The notes: generated by a model not told the origin, from the sequence alone. Counted from the first letter of the stretch, positions 14,556 through 31,497 are shown. The stretch: DNA of 64,000 nucleotides from the human T2T-CHM13v2.0 reference genome, Homo sapiens (GCF_009914755.1 NC_060932.1), one strand, 5' to 3'. Program-made: numbers and translations.

Positions 14556-15589
14556 TTTACATTGTGTTTTCAATTACATAGGAAATTATGTGAATGCCAG
14601 TAAAACCTTTATTTTACTACTATTTCTTCATTTCGTTAACAGTTAACATGCATAAAATTGTACTTACTGTTGGTCTCTAGTTAATAAATATAATTTACCA
14701 GATGTTGAGTTAATCATTTTCATTGTAGAGAATCCTCACCAAACTTTACATTGCACTCCAATTTCTGAGTGAAATTGACTTCACTGTTGGTGGCAGAAAG
14801 TTCTGAATTTATTGAAAGGTGATTCAACTCTGGTATTGGCTGCATTTGACGCGCTTGATATACTTTGTGCTGAATTAGAAATAACTTGAGGGAATTAAAA
14901 AAGCATAGTGAAAATCTACAATTAGAGAACTAGGCTATAAAAGCTATTAGTGAATAATTCTGCATGTGAAAGACAGTCTAGAATATAATAATTATTTTTA
15001 TTTTCTCAAAAAGAGCCCAAAGTTTGGCATCCCAAATAGAATTGCATATGCATTCCTTTGCTTGACTTTAAGAGCCTCTGTTACCAGGTCTTTTTTCCTG
15101 AGATTTCTCCCAGCACACATCTTGTATTCTAATCAACCTATGCCACCATATATTTAGATCCTGCATGTTCTTTTCTTAACTGTGTTCCCTCATTCAACAG
15201 ATAAATAATAAAGGGTACCGTAAGCCACCAAAGATAAATGACCCTTTTTAGAACTCAGTCTACTTAGGAAGCCAAATGTTTATTTCCTTTCTGGATAATT
15301 TTGCAATGCTAGAGCCTCATTAAAATGTAAATGTAAGTTTAAGAAATCTGAAGAGTGGATTTCCAAACAGAACCTCTCCATCCCCAAAACATAATGATTG
15401 TCCTTTCCCCTGATAACTATATAGTTTTGAAATTAGTTTTACAGTGCAGAATTGGTTTGTTTCCTTTACAGTTTTGTCTTTTGCTTTTTTAATGCCAAAG
15501 GATCCGTCCTTTTCTTGGGACAGTGCATGCTAGAAGCTTATCTAAGTATTATTAGCACTTTAAAGGTGGACATATGTGCAGGCTTTTGA

Positions 15590-15932
<343 letters not shown>

Positions 15933-16130
15933 TTTGTTCTACTCTTTAGCATGAATTTTTTTAGACCTATCAGCCACCTATGCAGATTTCATTCCTGGTA
16001 AGTCATTAATTTTCCTAAAGAATTGAATCTATTAGATGTTTTAATTTCATTCTTCGTTTATGAACATCGTCTTTTCTTGAAACACGCACACGGTGTTTTT
16101 TATTCTTTTCTTAATTTTAAAATACAGTCT

Positions 16131-16471
<341 letters not shown>

Positions 16472-16639
16472 TCAGTAACACTTTTATCCTCATAAACAAT
16501 AAGGATAAGCAGGACAACCATTAAAATAGTAATACCTTATAGAATATATATACACACACACATATATTTCTGCCATATGGTATTTGTTATTTGGTAGTTG
16601 TATGCAAGTTATAGTTTACTAAATTTAGTGATTTTTAAA

Positions 16640-17250
16640 AAACTTTATTTTGAAATAATTTTATATTTACAGAAATGTTTCAGAGATTACAGGGAATTTC
16701 TGTATATTCTTTATTCATTTTCCCTAATATTAACACATAATCATAGTACATTTATTTAAACTAAGAAATGAACATTGGTACAATATTATTAACTAAATTA
16801 CAGAGGTTTTCCACATTTTCCCAGTTTTCTCACTAATGTCTTTTTCAAGATCTAGTCTGGACACTAACGTTGCATTTAGTTGTCATGTCTCCTTACTCTC
16901 TAAGCTGTTACAGTTTTTCCGTCTTGCTTTGTTTCCCATTACATTTTTAAAGAGTACTTGTCAGGTATTTTGTAAGATATCCCTCAATTTCGGTTTGGCT
17001 GATACTTTCTCATGATTAGACTGGGGGTTATGGATTTTTGAGAAGTATACCACAGAAGTGATGTATCCTCTTCATCTCATCTTATATCTTATTACTAGTG
17101 ATCTTAACTTCGATTGCTTAAAGTGGTGTCTGCTAGGTTTCTCCACCATAAAATGTTCTGTTATTCCCTTTGTGTACTCTGTTCCTAGAGGCAAGTCATG
17201 CACTGTGCAGCCCACACTTGAGGAAATCAAGCCCCACCTACCGCAAAGAG
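16640..17250 (-). mobile_element. L1MC/MB-like 3' end
   Basis: aacattggtacaatattattaactaaa...ttgcatttagttgtcatgtctcc. Confidence 0.75.
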
Positions 17251-17532
17251 GAATATCAAAGACTTTGTGACATTTTTTGTTGTTTGTCACCCTTCTGTTT
17301 GTTCTTTTTTCTTCTACTGGAATATTCATTTTTGTCTTGGATCTATCCTCTCATTTTTTTTTCTTTGTGCTTTCCATTTCTTTATTCTTGCTCTGTGATG
17401 TGAGATATTTCTTGGATTTAATATTCTACTCCACAAATGAGGCAGCGACCATTTCTCCCTTAATTAATCTACTGATTTTTTCAATTTGAAAATCAAGATT
17501 CTTAGCTACAAATTTTTTTGTGTGTTTGTTGT

Positions 17533-17832
17533 TTTTTTTTTTTTTTTTGAGACGGAGTTTTGCTCTTGTTGCCCAGGCTGGAGTACAATGGCGTGATCTC
17601 GGGTCACCGCACCCTCCACCTCATGGGTTCAAGCGATTTTCCTGCCTCGGCCTTCCCAGTAACTGGGATTACAGGCATGCGCCGCCACACCGAGCTAATT
17701 TTGTATTATTTAGTAGAGACGGGGTTTCTCCATGTTGGTCAGGATGGTCTCGAACTCCTCACCTCAGGTGATCCTCCCACCTTGGCCTCCCAAAGTGTTG
17801 GGCTTACAGGCATGAGCCACCGCGCACCTGGC
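17533..17832 (-). mobile_element. AluS (Sp-like)
   Basis: Full dimer. Confidence 0.93.
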
Positions 17833-18420
17833 TTGTTTGTTGCATTTCATAGCAAGTGTCTGATTGCTTCTTTTTTCAGATGTTCACTGCCTTCTTCGGC
17901 AGTTCTGTTTTATTGTTATTTATGTTCTCAGTGTTTATTCTTCTTTTCCTTTTGAATGCTATGGCCTTTTAGATACACAGTGACTTTTTCCTTTGTGGCT
18001 CATTTAGGCTCAGATCTGGTTACCGAAATATTGCTAATGGTGATAAATCTACCGAAGATTACAAGGAAAATAAGTCATTTATCTGTCTTGTCTTGTTAAG
18101 GGCATGCGGTAGGCTCCTCTTAGGACATTGAAGAAAGTCTTGGTTTTCAGCCTGTTTCATAGTTTGAAGACTAGGGGTCTTAGCTCATTTGTTAACCTCT
18201 GTGAAAAAGACAGGAGTTGGCAGTAAACTTCCTTCTGGGCTCATTTCCATATGACAAATTCCAGTCTTTGCTCTAGGATCCTTGCTGGTGTCCATTGTAT
18301 TTGCTTAGTTCACGGTGGGGAAGAAGCCCTGTACTACTCAGTTTTTCCTCAAGAGATTCAGCCCTCAAATTTCAGAATCTGTCTAAAGCGTCTTTTTCTA
18401 AACTATAACTAGGGACTTAG

Positions 18421-18901
<481 letters not shown>

Positions 18902-19149
18902 TAGCTCATCATTTCTTAGTCTCACACTTCTAGTGGTCTGTAGCTGATAGTATGCCCATAGATATTGTGTTAAAATATTTTAATAGTAACACTGTCAGGC
19001 ACAGTCCACCTTGCTGATATAAATGTGGGGTTTTTTTGGTCTTAAAGCAGAGGTTCTTAAAAAATGGATCATTAACTTTTGGAGGATTTGTGTTCTGTTG
19101 ATGGACTTTTTACCATGCACTGTGGACTTTCAAATTTGTATTCCATCTG

Positions 19150-19740
<591 letters not shown>

Positions 19741-21634
19741 ACTAAAGTTACTAATTAAAGTTGTCTTTAATTATGATTTAAATTTTTTGTCTTTAACATT
19801 CAGATTTATTGGCATATTAGCATGATTAACATTTTCATTTACTAATAATACTAATAAGTGTTCGTGATATCTAGACTTCATTTTTTAAAAATCAGTAATT
19901 TCAGAGACTTTTCTATTGTTTTTTTTTCCCTCTAAAACTTCAGCTTTTAAGTTTGTTTCTCTTTTCTAATTTCCATTATGATGTTTTGGAGACTGTTAGA
20001 ACCGTGTTTTAGAAATTCCAAACATGGGTTTTTTTCCTTGTTATCTGTTTTGTTTCCAAAATTGATGTCAGGAAATGTGATCTGTGTACTAATTCTTTGA
20101 CATTTACTAAGATTCACTTGATAGTTGCTCATTGTATACCTTGGTAAAATATGTACCTTGTAATTATTTGTCTCAGTTTTCTGTATTCTGTATACTCAAT
20201 CTGTATTTTTGCTAATGTGTAAATGTGTTAAGTTCTCCTGCTCTCTTAAAAATGTCAGCTTCTCCTTGTACTTGACAACTTACTAATATATTTAAAATTG
20301 TAGTTTTAGTTTAGTATTGTTACAGCTTTTCAAAAACTGTTATGTAGCATGTTGTGACCATTGTGTCTCCAACAGTGGTTTTGACTTTAAGTCCACTGTC
20401 TGATATTAGTATAGTTGTATGAGTCTTCATTTGCTTTGTGTTATTGTATGTCTCTATTAGTCTTAACTTCCTTTTCCTTAAGTTTTAGGTTTATTTCTTA
20501 TAAATTATGTATAATGGGATTTTAAAGTTTCCTTTGCCGGTATCTGGTGGTTTCATTGATGGGCCTACATTTATTGTGACTCCTAGTTTAAACGTGTAAA
20601 TGATACAAATGTTTATTTCTACCCTCTTATTTTGTGCTTTCTAATCTAGATTTTTTTCAAACTCATTCTTTTTCTGTCCTTTTGGGGTATTTTCTTTATT
20701 CTCCCCTTGTCCATTGAGTTGGAAGTTATGCATTATATATATAGACGTATTATCTATGTAATCTATATATTTTAGTGATTCATTTAAAGTACATAGTTGA
20801 TTACAATTCAAACTGAAACAGCATAACATGTGGTCCTCATTGTTACAACCGATCATCTCACTGGCATTAAACTACTCTTTGTCTGACTTACCCTTAAGAA
20901 GAGTTGCATTTTTTTCCTGTAGTTTCTAGGGCTCTTCATGGAGTTGAGAAATTTCTCTAAGTTTTGATCACTTATTTTATGGGGAGAATGAGCAGATTGC
21001 CCTTACATCTTTTTACTTAATTTCTCTATGTATTTTGTATCTAGCTTATTAGAGTGTGCTTCCAAATTTCTCATCCAAAGCTATTTATTTCCTTTAGCAG
21101 TGAATTAAACTTTCTTTATGTTTCAACTGGTTTGTGAAAAGTTGCAGGACCTTTGTAAAATTAAACTACAGCTTCATGGTACAAATCCTTGTTTTATCTT
21201 TTCTTCTTTTGCTGATATGGTGGGATTTTTGTTTTTGTTTACTCTCTTGAAATGTACTTAATCTAGCTAGCTCTGTTTTTGTTATTTTAGTCTTCCATTT
21301 CAATGTATCTCACCGATACTCGTTAGTCTATGAAATAGTTTCATTTATAGTTATGTAGTAGGACATTTCTTTTGTTAGCTTTATGTATGAAATAATGCTC
21401 TTCAAGTTCCAGGAATGTATTAAAATAAAAAAGAAAGGACTTTTAGTAACAAAGAGAACTGAGGTTCTCTTTGAAATTTACAATGCAGTTTTTAGGTGGT
21501 GTCACAGAGGATGGAAAACTAAATTGACCACTTGCAAAATACGATTTATATTTGTTACAGAACATGTTTTACTCATGCAAAAATAAAATGAGAGTAGCAA
21601 AAGCAAAGTGAGAGTCTTTTAATGTGTTAAACAC

Positions 21635-21786
21635 CAGTGGTTTTCAAAGTGCAGTGTCTGGACCAGCAGTCCAGAACCACCTGTGAACTTGTTAGAAATT
21701 CAGATTCTTAGGTTCCACGTCAGACCTCTGGGGCCCAGACATGCCATCCAGGTAGGTGACTCTGATACTTGTTTTAGAACCACTAA
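21635..21786. mobile_element. MER5A
   Basis: cagtggttttcaaagtg...gaacttgttagaaattcagattc...ttagaaccact with terminal inverted repeats. Confidence 0.75.
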
Positions 21787-22023
21787 GTTACACATTAAAA
21801 CAAGGTTGTACAAACTACTTGATGTGTTCAGTTGATAGGCATGTACAATGCTAGTCATTTTTTTCATCAGAAGTGTTACAGATAAATACTTGATTTCTAA
21901 TAAACATTGTTTAACTCAGTTTAACTTTTGTTCAAGTAGTTTTTGCTTTTTAAGATAGGAATTATAATTTTTCTCCCAATTATGTTATAAGCCAGCATTC
22001 GACTGAATTTGTCTAACACTCAT

Positions 22024-22350
<327 letters not shown>

Positions 22351-22852
22351 TAATGTGAAAAGTTATCTATCGTGTGCTGAAAGAGAGAGTGTAAGATACT
22401 CTCTTTGTGATTTAAAGTTTTTTTTATTAGTCTGAAATCTTCATTGAATGCAATTGTACTGCAATTTAATGTAACTTTTAACCTTTTTCTCCTGCCCCTA
22501 CCTCAGCCAATAGCTTTTAGTCTGTTTGACACCTCAAGATGAAAAACTCTTTGAAAGGACTGAAAAGATGTTATTATATTCTCATCATAAACAAACAATA
22601 GGGATGTGGAGAGGATCTATACTCTCCTGAAATAGGTCTTTGTGTTTGAGAGTTCTTTATGTAAAATGTTTTGTGGTAATAATCTCACTATGGTATATAG
22701 AGGTAATTATCAATTGTTTTTAATTACTTGAATTAGTACTTGAACTTTATATGGAGATGATTTACATTATATGTGCATATAGTTTAAATCTTTAAATAAT
22801 GAGAGTTTTTCATTGTAATTCTTTTTGTGTGTGTGTGTTTTTTTTTTTTCAG

Positions 22853-22876
22853 GAGAGAAATAGAAACAAACAATAA
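22853..22876 (+). CDS. YTHDF3: YTHDF3 terminal exon, coding part: ERNRNKQ-stop
   Basis: GAG AGA AAT AGA AAC AAA CAA TAA directly after a strong acceptor; matches the YTHDF3 C-terminus. Confidence 0.96.
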   Translation, partial: ERNRNKQ

Positions 22877-25800
22877 CCGTATGAAGATGTCCTGTTAAAT
22901 TTACAACACTAACGATGTAGACTCTGGAAATGCCTAATAAGTCAAAGAAGACGTATTAAAGCTCTTTTCTGCTTAAGGTGACATCTTTGAACACTTTAAC
23001 ACAAAGTTGACTCTTCTCGTAATGGTTTTCATCAGCGCATCTGCCCTTATACTCTTCACCAAACACACTTGAGAACTGTAACTTCGTCAAGCACTTTCTG
23101 TCCTGAAGCTTTTACCAGTATCTGCTGTCTTTTGTAATTATGCATCCTAGCTAAGGCACAGAAGACTGAATGAATGCAAGGATTCATTAACTCTTTGAAT
23201 TTGTTAAATACTAACAGTTAACCATTAGAAGTGGTTCAATGATGTAAGAGTCACACTGCTTCAACTTTTTCTTTGTTGTAGTTTTTAAATTGTCGATTTT
23301 TAGCTATTTGACAGATTAAAAGCAAAATAATCATGCCATATTTAGTCCTGGAGTTCAAGTCTAAATGTTGATGTGAAAAATTATTGTAGTAAACTTTTAA
23401 TATGGCAAAGCAACCTTAAGCTCTATTTTAGCCAAATGAAACATAATCTGAAATTATATTAGAACATTTCCCTTGTCTTCAAACTGTTTGGTGTAACAGA
23501 ATATTGATATGCAGCTTGGTGGATTTCACCAGTTAATGCACATTCTTCTTCCCTCCTCCCCCCATTAATATGTATACTGAAAAATGTGCATTTGTCTGAG
23601 GAATTATTTTGTTTGCTACCACTTAATGAATCTCAAAATTTTGAGTAAATGTACCTCAGTCTAATCAGACTTTTTATGACCTTTATAACTACATTTAAAA
23701 CCCTTAATTCCTATTTCTGGGTGTTTGCGAGCCTGATTGCTATCATGAAGTAAAAATTTATTACTCTAGGTATTCACTAGCTAAATAAACATAGTTCTTG
23801 TTTAGCAAGCATATGTTGTTCCTCAGCTCTTTTCTCCAGCTTTTGCAGTGTCCTGGCATCCTTAAAATACTTTGAAAATATGGCCTTGATCCATGGATTA
23901 AATCAGTATCTAAGTGAATGTGTTGATGTTTTATTGATCAGATCTATATAAGTGGGAATACAGCATATATCTGGATATTCTTATAGTTATCTTTTTAACA
24001 TCTTATTTTTTTCATTAATTACATATCAACATTAATTTTGTATCTTGAAGCAAATTGATTTTGTATAATTAAATGTGTCAAGCATCTGTATTAATTGATT
24101 TGATGGCATAAGGTTATGAAAATAATGTACTGCCCCATGTATTACTGTTCCAAAAGGAGAAAGCTATGTAGAAAGATACATTAAGGGTGAAAATAGCAAT
24201 ACAGTAGATTTGAATACCTTGATGTTTTGCATTACTTCATTTATGTTTACATCATGTTTAGAAATGTTTTCATTTACTGTGGTCTTTGGTCACTTCAGCT
24301 CAAAGACCTAGTGATGGATATTTCTTTGAGGCTTTCATTTATATAATTTTATTTTGTACAATGTTTTTTTTAAATGTGCAAATACTGTATTCAAGTGAAA
24401 AAAATACAGTATTTGTAGATAACCATAGCTACTACACAGTTCTTCGGTAGTCCCAGTGTAGTTATATCAGTGTTTACTGAAGGGAACATCAAAATATTAA
24501 TGGTATATTATAAAATAAAGACTTTCTTAAAGGAAAATTGCACCTATTTTACCTTTTTAAGAGTAAGCCATGAAATCTTGTAACATGTCTCTTAACTATT
24601 TATAATGAAAAGTGGCATTTGGGTATAGTCACCACAGCAATGTTCTACATCCCTAAGATTATCTAGGTAGGACATGTCAAAGATGACTGTTGTCATTCTG
24701 GAGGTCCTATTAGAGAATATTATAAAAGGGTGACCTTGTAGGAAGGATCTGAGTCCTCCCCCTGAGGTTCTCTTTTTCTTGGTGCTTTATTAGCAACTCT
24801 GGATATTTTTATAAAACTAGTTACATTATAAACGGTTTCAAACATGTTTAATTTACATTAGGTTTTTATGTAAGAGTGTCATGGAAGCACTCAGCAAGCA
24901 GGCTGATTGCAATAGACTCAGACATGCGAATAAATGTAATTGAGAGTCTATTCATGGTGAGGAGTACATCCCAGTGCCTTTAACCTGGATTTCTAATCTT
25001 AAGTGAAATGGGTGCAGCATTCCTTTGGAAAAAAAAATCTTTTTATTTTCAAGTGATAATTTTGTGTTTTTCTCATATAAGTTTTCTCCAGAGCACCCAC
25101 CTTCTCTTCCTTCTTGGTCTGTCATTATATTGCAAAATATTTTTCCTCTGAATGAAATTATCACAGGTTGTCTCAAGCACAACCAACTGAATGTCTCTTA
25201 ACTGTGGGGACCAAAAGGGAGAGAGCCTGGGGTCTACAAGAGGAGACACATCATCAAATGTTTGAATGATCACAAATTAAGACATTATCAGCCCAGTAAA
25301 TTTCTTGCTTAATGTTTTTCCAAGTTCTGGCTTGAATATTTCTTATTAAAGCTATCTTATGTGGGTATTTTATTTTGAAAGGTATTATAGTTTGTATATT
25401 TAACAGTAAGGAGGAAACTGTAACCAAAATTAGTATTTCTCTATACGTATTGGTACTTGAAGATTCCTTTCAAAAGAAATCCAGCGTTTTCCTAATTTTA
25501 GTACTTAATTTCTCTTTTTAATTTAAGTGATCTTTCTAATTCGAAAGCTGTGTTCTTTTTGAATACCGTGCATGGGGGTTAAGCTGATGTTAAAACAGTT
25601 TGCAATAAAAAAAAATGAATCAGCTTAAGTCATTTAATCATTTCAAGTGCATTCTGCATCCTTTAAAAATAAGTTTAAGAAATTTAAGAGAATTGTGTTT
25701 TCATTAAGTTTTGCATATCTTTTGTTATGCCATGTAAATTCCCTTTTTCGTATGATTAAAGGAAGGTTATGATAAAATGATTAGTTCATTTACATTCACT

Positions 25801-25958
25801 TGTAGCAATTACATGAGAATTTGAATTTTGTCGTGTTTGGGTTTGTTCATTCCTGTGAATGATGGTACAGTTAGGTGAGATTTTCTGTTATGGTACCCAA
25901 ACTCACCATTTGGTCCTCTTTAATCTTTGAGGGTTTCAATAAAAATTGTTCACTCATA
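22877..25958 (+). other. YTHDF3: YTHDF3 3'UTR (~3.1 kb)
   Basis: AU-rich and free of recognisable interspersed repeats, running from the stop codon to a canonical poly(A) signal. Exact cleavage site inferred. Confidence 0.85.
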
Positions 25959-25980
25959 TCTGTGTTCTTTCCATTTTATC
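25938..25980 (+). terminator. Distal poly(A) signal AATAAA with downstream GU/U-rich element
   Basis: AATAAA at 25938-25943, CA dinucleotides 8-14 nt downstream, then tctgtgttctttccatttt. Other AATAAA at 24514, 24929 and 25604 are possible proximal sites. Confidence 0.8.
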
Positions 25981-26125
25981 TTCATGAATATGTATTGCTT
26001 GCCAGAAAACGTAACATTTTTGCCTACTCTGTTATGGATTTCCTGATTGACATATCTTTCACGTACAAATAGATTATATCACTCCTTCTGGTTGACTTTA
26101 AATTAAACAGAGCAGTTAATCAGAG

Positions 26126-26495
26126 GGAGGGTAACAGTTTACCTTATTTTTTATCCATTCCAAGGAGCTTATTGACTTACATGCTTTTAATACTAAGTTT
26201 AGAACAAAAGAGAAAGAGAAGGCCTGTTTGTTTTTTGTAGCAGGAGGAAATAGTGGCAGCAGCTAATAATCCTAATCCCCCACTCTTGGTACCAAGGAAT
26301 GTTTTTCTGACATTGTCTGCATTACCTCTTGGGATTGATAGTTTATGTGGATAGGATCATGGCAACTCTGGGTGATGCACTGATTATTGCTGGGCTCTCT
26401 ATCTAAGGTATTTGTTCAGATAGGAAAATTACAGAATTGTTTTGTGTTGTCAAAACCAGCAGGCTACATATAACACTACTGGCCTGTGACGCGGG
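26126..26495 (+). repeat. ~370-bp direct duplication, copy 1
   Basis: Aligns by eye end to end with 28854-29220 (about 8 substitutions and 2 small indels). Confidence 0.96.
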
Positions 26496-26829
26496 CACAA
26501 GCTTAAAGAATCACTCCAGGTGCCTACACTGCAGCAGCATCAGAATCCTCCCTTTTACTACTGGTCATCTAGAGAGAGCAAGGGTGTATGGCTCATCAGC
26601 ATATTAAAATTGAGGCTAGTCAGTCATAGTTGGGGCCTAATTTGGCTTGGCTTTATGTTGCTTAGTGATACTGGATTTACTGATTCTAGTCTATGAACCA
26701 ACATATTCTTGCAGTCAGAAGTTAACTGACCAAAGTTGTTATCTTTACTTTCTAATCACAGTACTTGCCATTGCATAATCTTGATGTATTCTTTCCTCAT
26801 TTCTCTTGGTGCAATAGTGAGAAAAAGAA

Positions 26830-26856
26830 TTCTCTCTCTCTCTATATATATATATG
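26830..26856. repeat. (TC)n(TA)n compound microsatellite
   Basis: Read directly from the sequence. Confidence 0.85.
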
Positions 26857-27454
26857 TAACCCATAAGTAGTGGCAGTTTAAATGTAGTTTATTTGTAAAT
26901 AGTGCACCAAATTCAGAACTTATCACCTTTATAAGTTTAGTTACCTTTATAACGTTAGGACTAAATGTAAATGAAAAATTGTTTTTGTAAAGCTTAGTGT
27001 TTAAGGAAGGTTATGAATGCAGGGTTAATAACACTGGAGGATTCCCCACTTCTTCTGCCACCATACTTTTTCCTTCATAGAACACGCTTAAAGATTTAGA
27101 TATTAGAATGTTACTTAAAACAGTATTAGATATTTCTAAGAGACCCATCTATTACCAGAATGGAATTACTGTCTGGGGGAAGATTTTAGTATTCAGAGTT
27201 GAAAGACCAGACGTAGTTATTTCCAACAGTAGGCTCAACACTGATCAAATCATTTCTTTTATTGTAAGTATCCATATTAATAAAATCAGGAGGTGGGAGT
27301 AGAAGGCATCTAAAGTTCCTTGCAGTTCTGATATTTTATAATTTATGATTTAAATAGGTAGCTTTGTAGGCTGTGCTTTATTCTAGCAATGGTGAGTTTT
27401 TTTTGAAAGTGATGTTATATATACATATATAACATGTTGGTTTCCAAACATGCT

Positions 27455-27591
27455 TTTTTTTTCTTTCTTTCTTTCTTTTTTTTTTTTTTTTAAAGAAATA
27501 GGGTCTCCCTTTGCTGCCCAGGCTGGTTTTGAACTCCTGCCTCAGCCTTCGAAAGTGCTGGGATTATAGGCGTGAACCACTGTACCCGGCC
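27455..27591 (-). mobile_element. FLAM/Alu left monomer with a short internal deletion
   Basis: gaactcctg|cctcagcc lacks the intervening consensus segment. Confidence 0.8.
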
Positions 27592-27819
27592 AGTATGATT
27601 TTTAATAATCATCCTTTGTTCAAAGTATGTGTAATAAATAGTCCAGAAAATAAATGTTTGGAACTGATCAAATATGACTACCACTTTCCGTGAATTACGG
27701 TCTAGTGGTACAAAATGTCCATCTTTTCTAAGTGTTAGTAAAGAGAAGCAAGATAATGTGTGTCCCAAAGAAATCCAAGTTGTTTTTTACATTCTACCAT
27801 TTCATATTGTATTTGTATT

Positions 27820-29220
<1,401 letters not shown>

Positions 29221-29679
29221 TTCAGCAGGCTTGTGTGCCAATACACTTTTTTTTTTTTTTTTTTTTTTGCCTATATATTTTTAGAACACTCCCTCCCATT
29301 TTCCCCTCATTTTCAACAGGGCAGTCGGATATTGGAGGAATTGTAATGAAGACTTACTTATACATATTTCTTGAATTCTAAAGACTTATATGTATTTCTT
29401 GAATTCTAATTGTGTGTGTATTAAAGGGATTGAAGTTGTAGTCACAGAGAATACTTAGATAAAAGCAAAATATCTTGATCTTATGGTATAGGTAGAAACA
29501 GTCATTCAGATTTAGCTGGGGGAGATAAACCATAATATATTATGGTTAGAATGGTGCATTCCCTTGAAAAAACATTCCAAATCGCTTGGCATCTGCTTTT
29601 TGATGTAATTCTTTTGAAATACTTTTGAGCCTGCTGTGTAATATAATGGCCAAGACCTTGAATTTTAGAGACTAATTGA

Positions 29680-29840
29680 TCTATCCTGGAATCCTAGGTT
29701 CACTTCTTAACTAACTCTAAGCCTCAATTTTCTGGTCAATTAAAAAATATGAAAGAATGATAACAGAACCTATTTCAGAAAGGTTAAATGAGGTAATTAT
29801 CAAGTGTTTAGTACAATGCCTGGACCCATTTCAAGCCCTC
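29680..29840. mobile_element. MIR fragment
   Basis: ctctaagcctcaattttct...ggttaaatgaggtaat...ttagtacaatgcctgg. Confidence 0.6.
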
Positions 29841-31221
29841 AAAAGTTAGTTGTTAACTACCTTCTTTTGTTTCTTTGGGAGAATTTAGAATTTATTGATT
29901 GCCATTGAAGATTTTTTAGGATTCAGTGACAGCCATGCCTTTTCCAAGTAAAATATAGCAATATAGAGCTTATCCTGCTAGAGCAGATGACAGAACCAAA
30001 GGTGGATTGGATTAAAAGGAAAGCAAACATGGGGGAATAATGGTAAGAAAACATATAAACAATAGAATAAAATTAAAGAAACCAAAGGTAAAAATTAGAT
30101 GAAGATGTATTTTGATTTGCTTATTACAAATGCCCCTTGATATTTAGTGTCATTTAAATATATAAGTAAATTGTAAGTACTTCATTATGTCTGGTATCAT
30201 TACAGAATGGAAACACTAATGCAGATGTGTTACTTCCATATTTCCTCAGTGAAGTTGTGTAACTTTAAAGGGAAGAGGTATTTGGTATACACAAACTTAG
30301 ATGGCAATTCTATTGTAGTAAATATTCAAAAGGAAGATTATATAAGTTTACACATGAAATATGAAAGCTCCAACATAATGCTGTTGCATGCTAATATTAA
30401 AGCTACTATCCCCAACAAATATATTGTTTGCTATTACTACTTTGCCAGATTAAGTGACTTGGTGTCCGCTGGAAAGCAGCCAGTGCTGAGAGTACAATTG
30501 GTACTTGTATCTCAGCTATTTTCTAGTTTGCTCGTGTTTGTATGCCTTCCTAGAGTCATTTGTGCTTCTTTCTGAACTTGTTGATTCCAGTCGTACTTGT
30601 TTTGTTATGAAATTTAAATATGTAAGTTGATAAAATGTGACGGAAAAAGAATTGTTTCTAAGAAGACTAAGTTGACTGCTTTGGAAATACCTGGTAAGGG
30701 TGAGTTGTCTGATTAGGTAGATGAAAACGATTAAAAGCCATGGGACAATCATAAAAACGTAGAAGTTTTTAATTTGCAAGTGTTTTTTCACTTCTCATTA
30801 CACTGAGAACACTTAGAGGATACATCACAAGTGTGCTTCAGAGAAGAAAAGTATTAAGGAGTTGAAATAACAGACTTATTTAAAGAAAAAGTCTTGGACC
30901 TGTATCAAATAATTGAACTAAAGTGTCTTTTAAATTAAAATCTTTAAGATAGGTTTGTATCACTTAAAATCCAAAAACGTTTTTCCTCTGCGTTAAACAA
31001 GTTGACCATCTTCTGCATGTGGCTGCATGTGAACATAATGTAATGATAAGCTGTTATGATATCTTTGTAAATAAATGTAATAAAAAGAAGTATTCATGCT
31101 ACTTAGAAAATATAATGTGCTAACGCTTACATAATTAAGTGTCTAAACTGTAAGAAATATTTTGTGTATGAAATGTTGGAGAGAAGAAATTAACCCAACA
31201 TCAAGTCTTGGTATCTTAATT

Positions 31222-31497
31222 AATTATTTATTTAGAGACAGGGTCTGGCTCTGTCACCCAGGCCGGAGGTCAGTGGCACAATCTTGGCTCACTGCAGCCT
31301 CCATCTGCCAGGCTCAAGCGATCCTCCCACCTCAGCCTCCTGAGTAGCTAGGACTACAGGCGCGTGCCACCACATCAAGCTAACTTTTTGTATTTTAGTA
31401 GAGATGGGGTTTTACCATGTTGCACGGGCTGGTCTTGAGCTCTTGACCTCAACTGATCCACCTGCCTTACCCTCCCAAGGTGCAGGGATTACAGGCT
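31222..31497 (-). mobile_element. AluJ, lacking the extreme 5' end
   Basis: Dimer ending at gggattacaggc. Confidence 0.88.

Noticed and set aside
24442-24447. cUUCGg tetraloop in the 3'UTR
   Set aside because: Flanking bases do not extend the stem beyond the closing pair.
29247-29268. Poly-T after duplicate copy 2 as a retrotransposition tail
   Set aside because: Wrong side and orientation for a poly(A) tail of the duplicated segment, and no TSD found.
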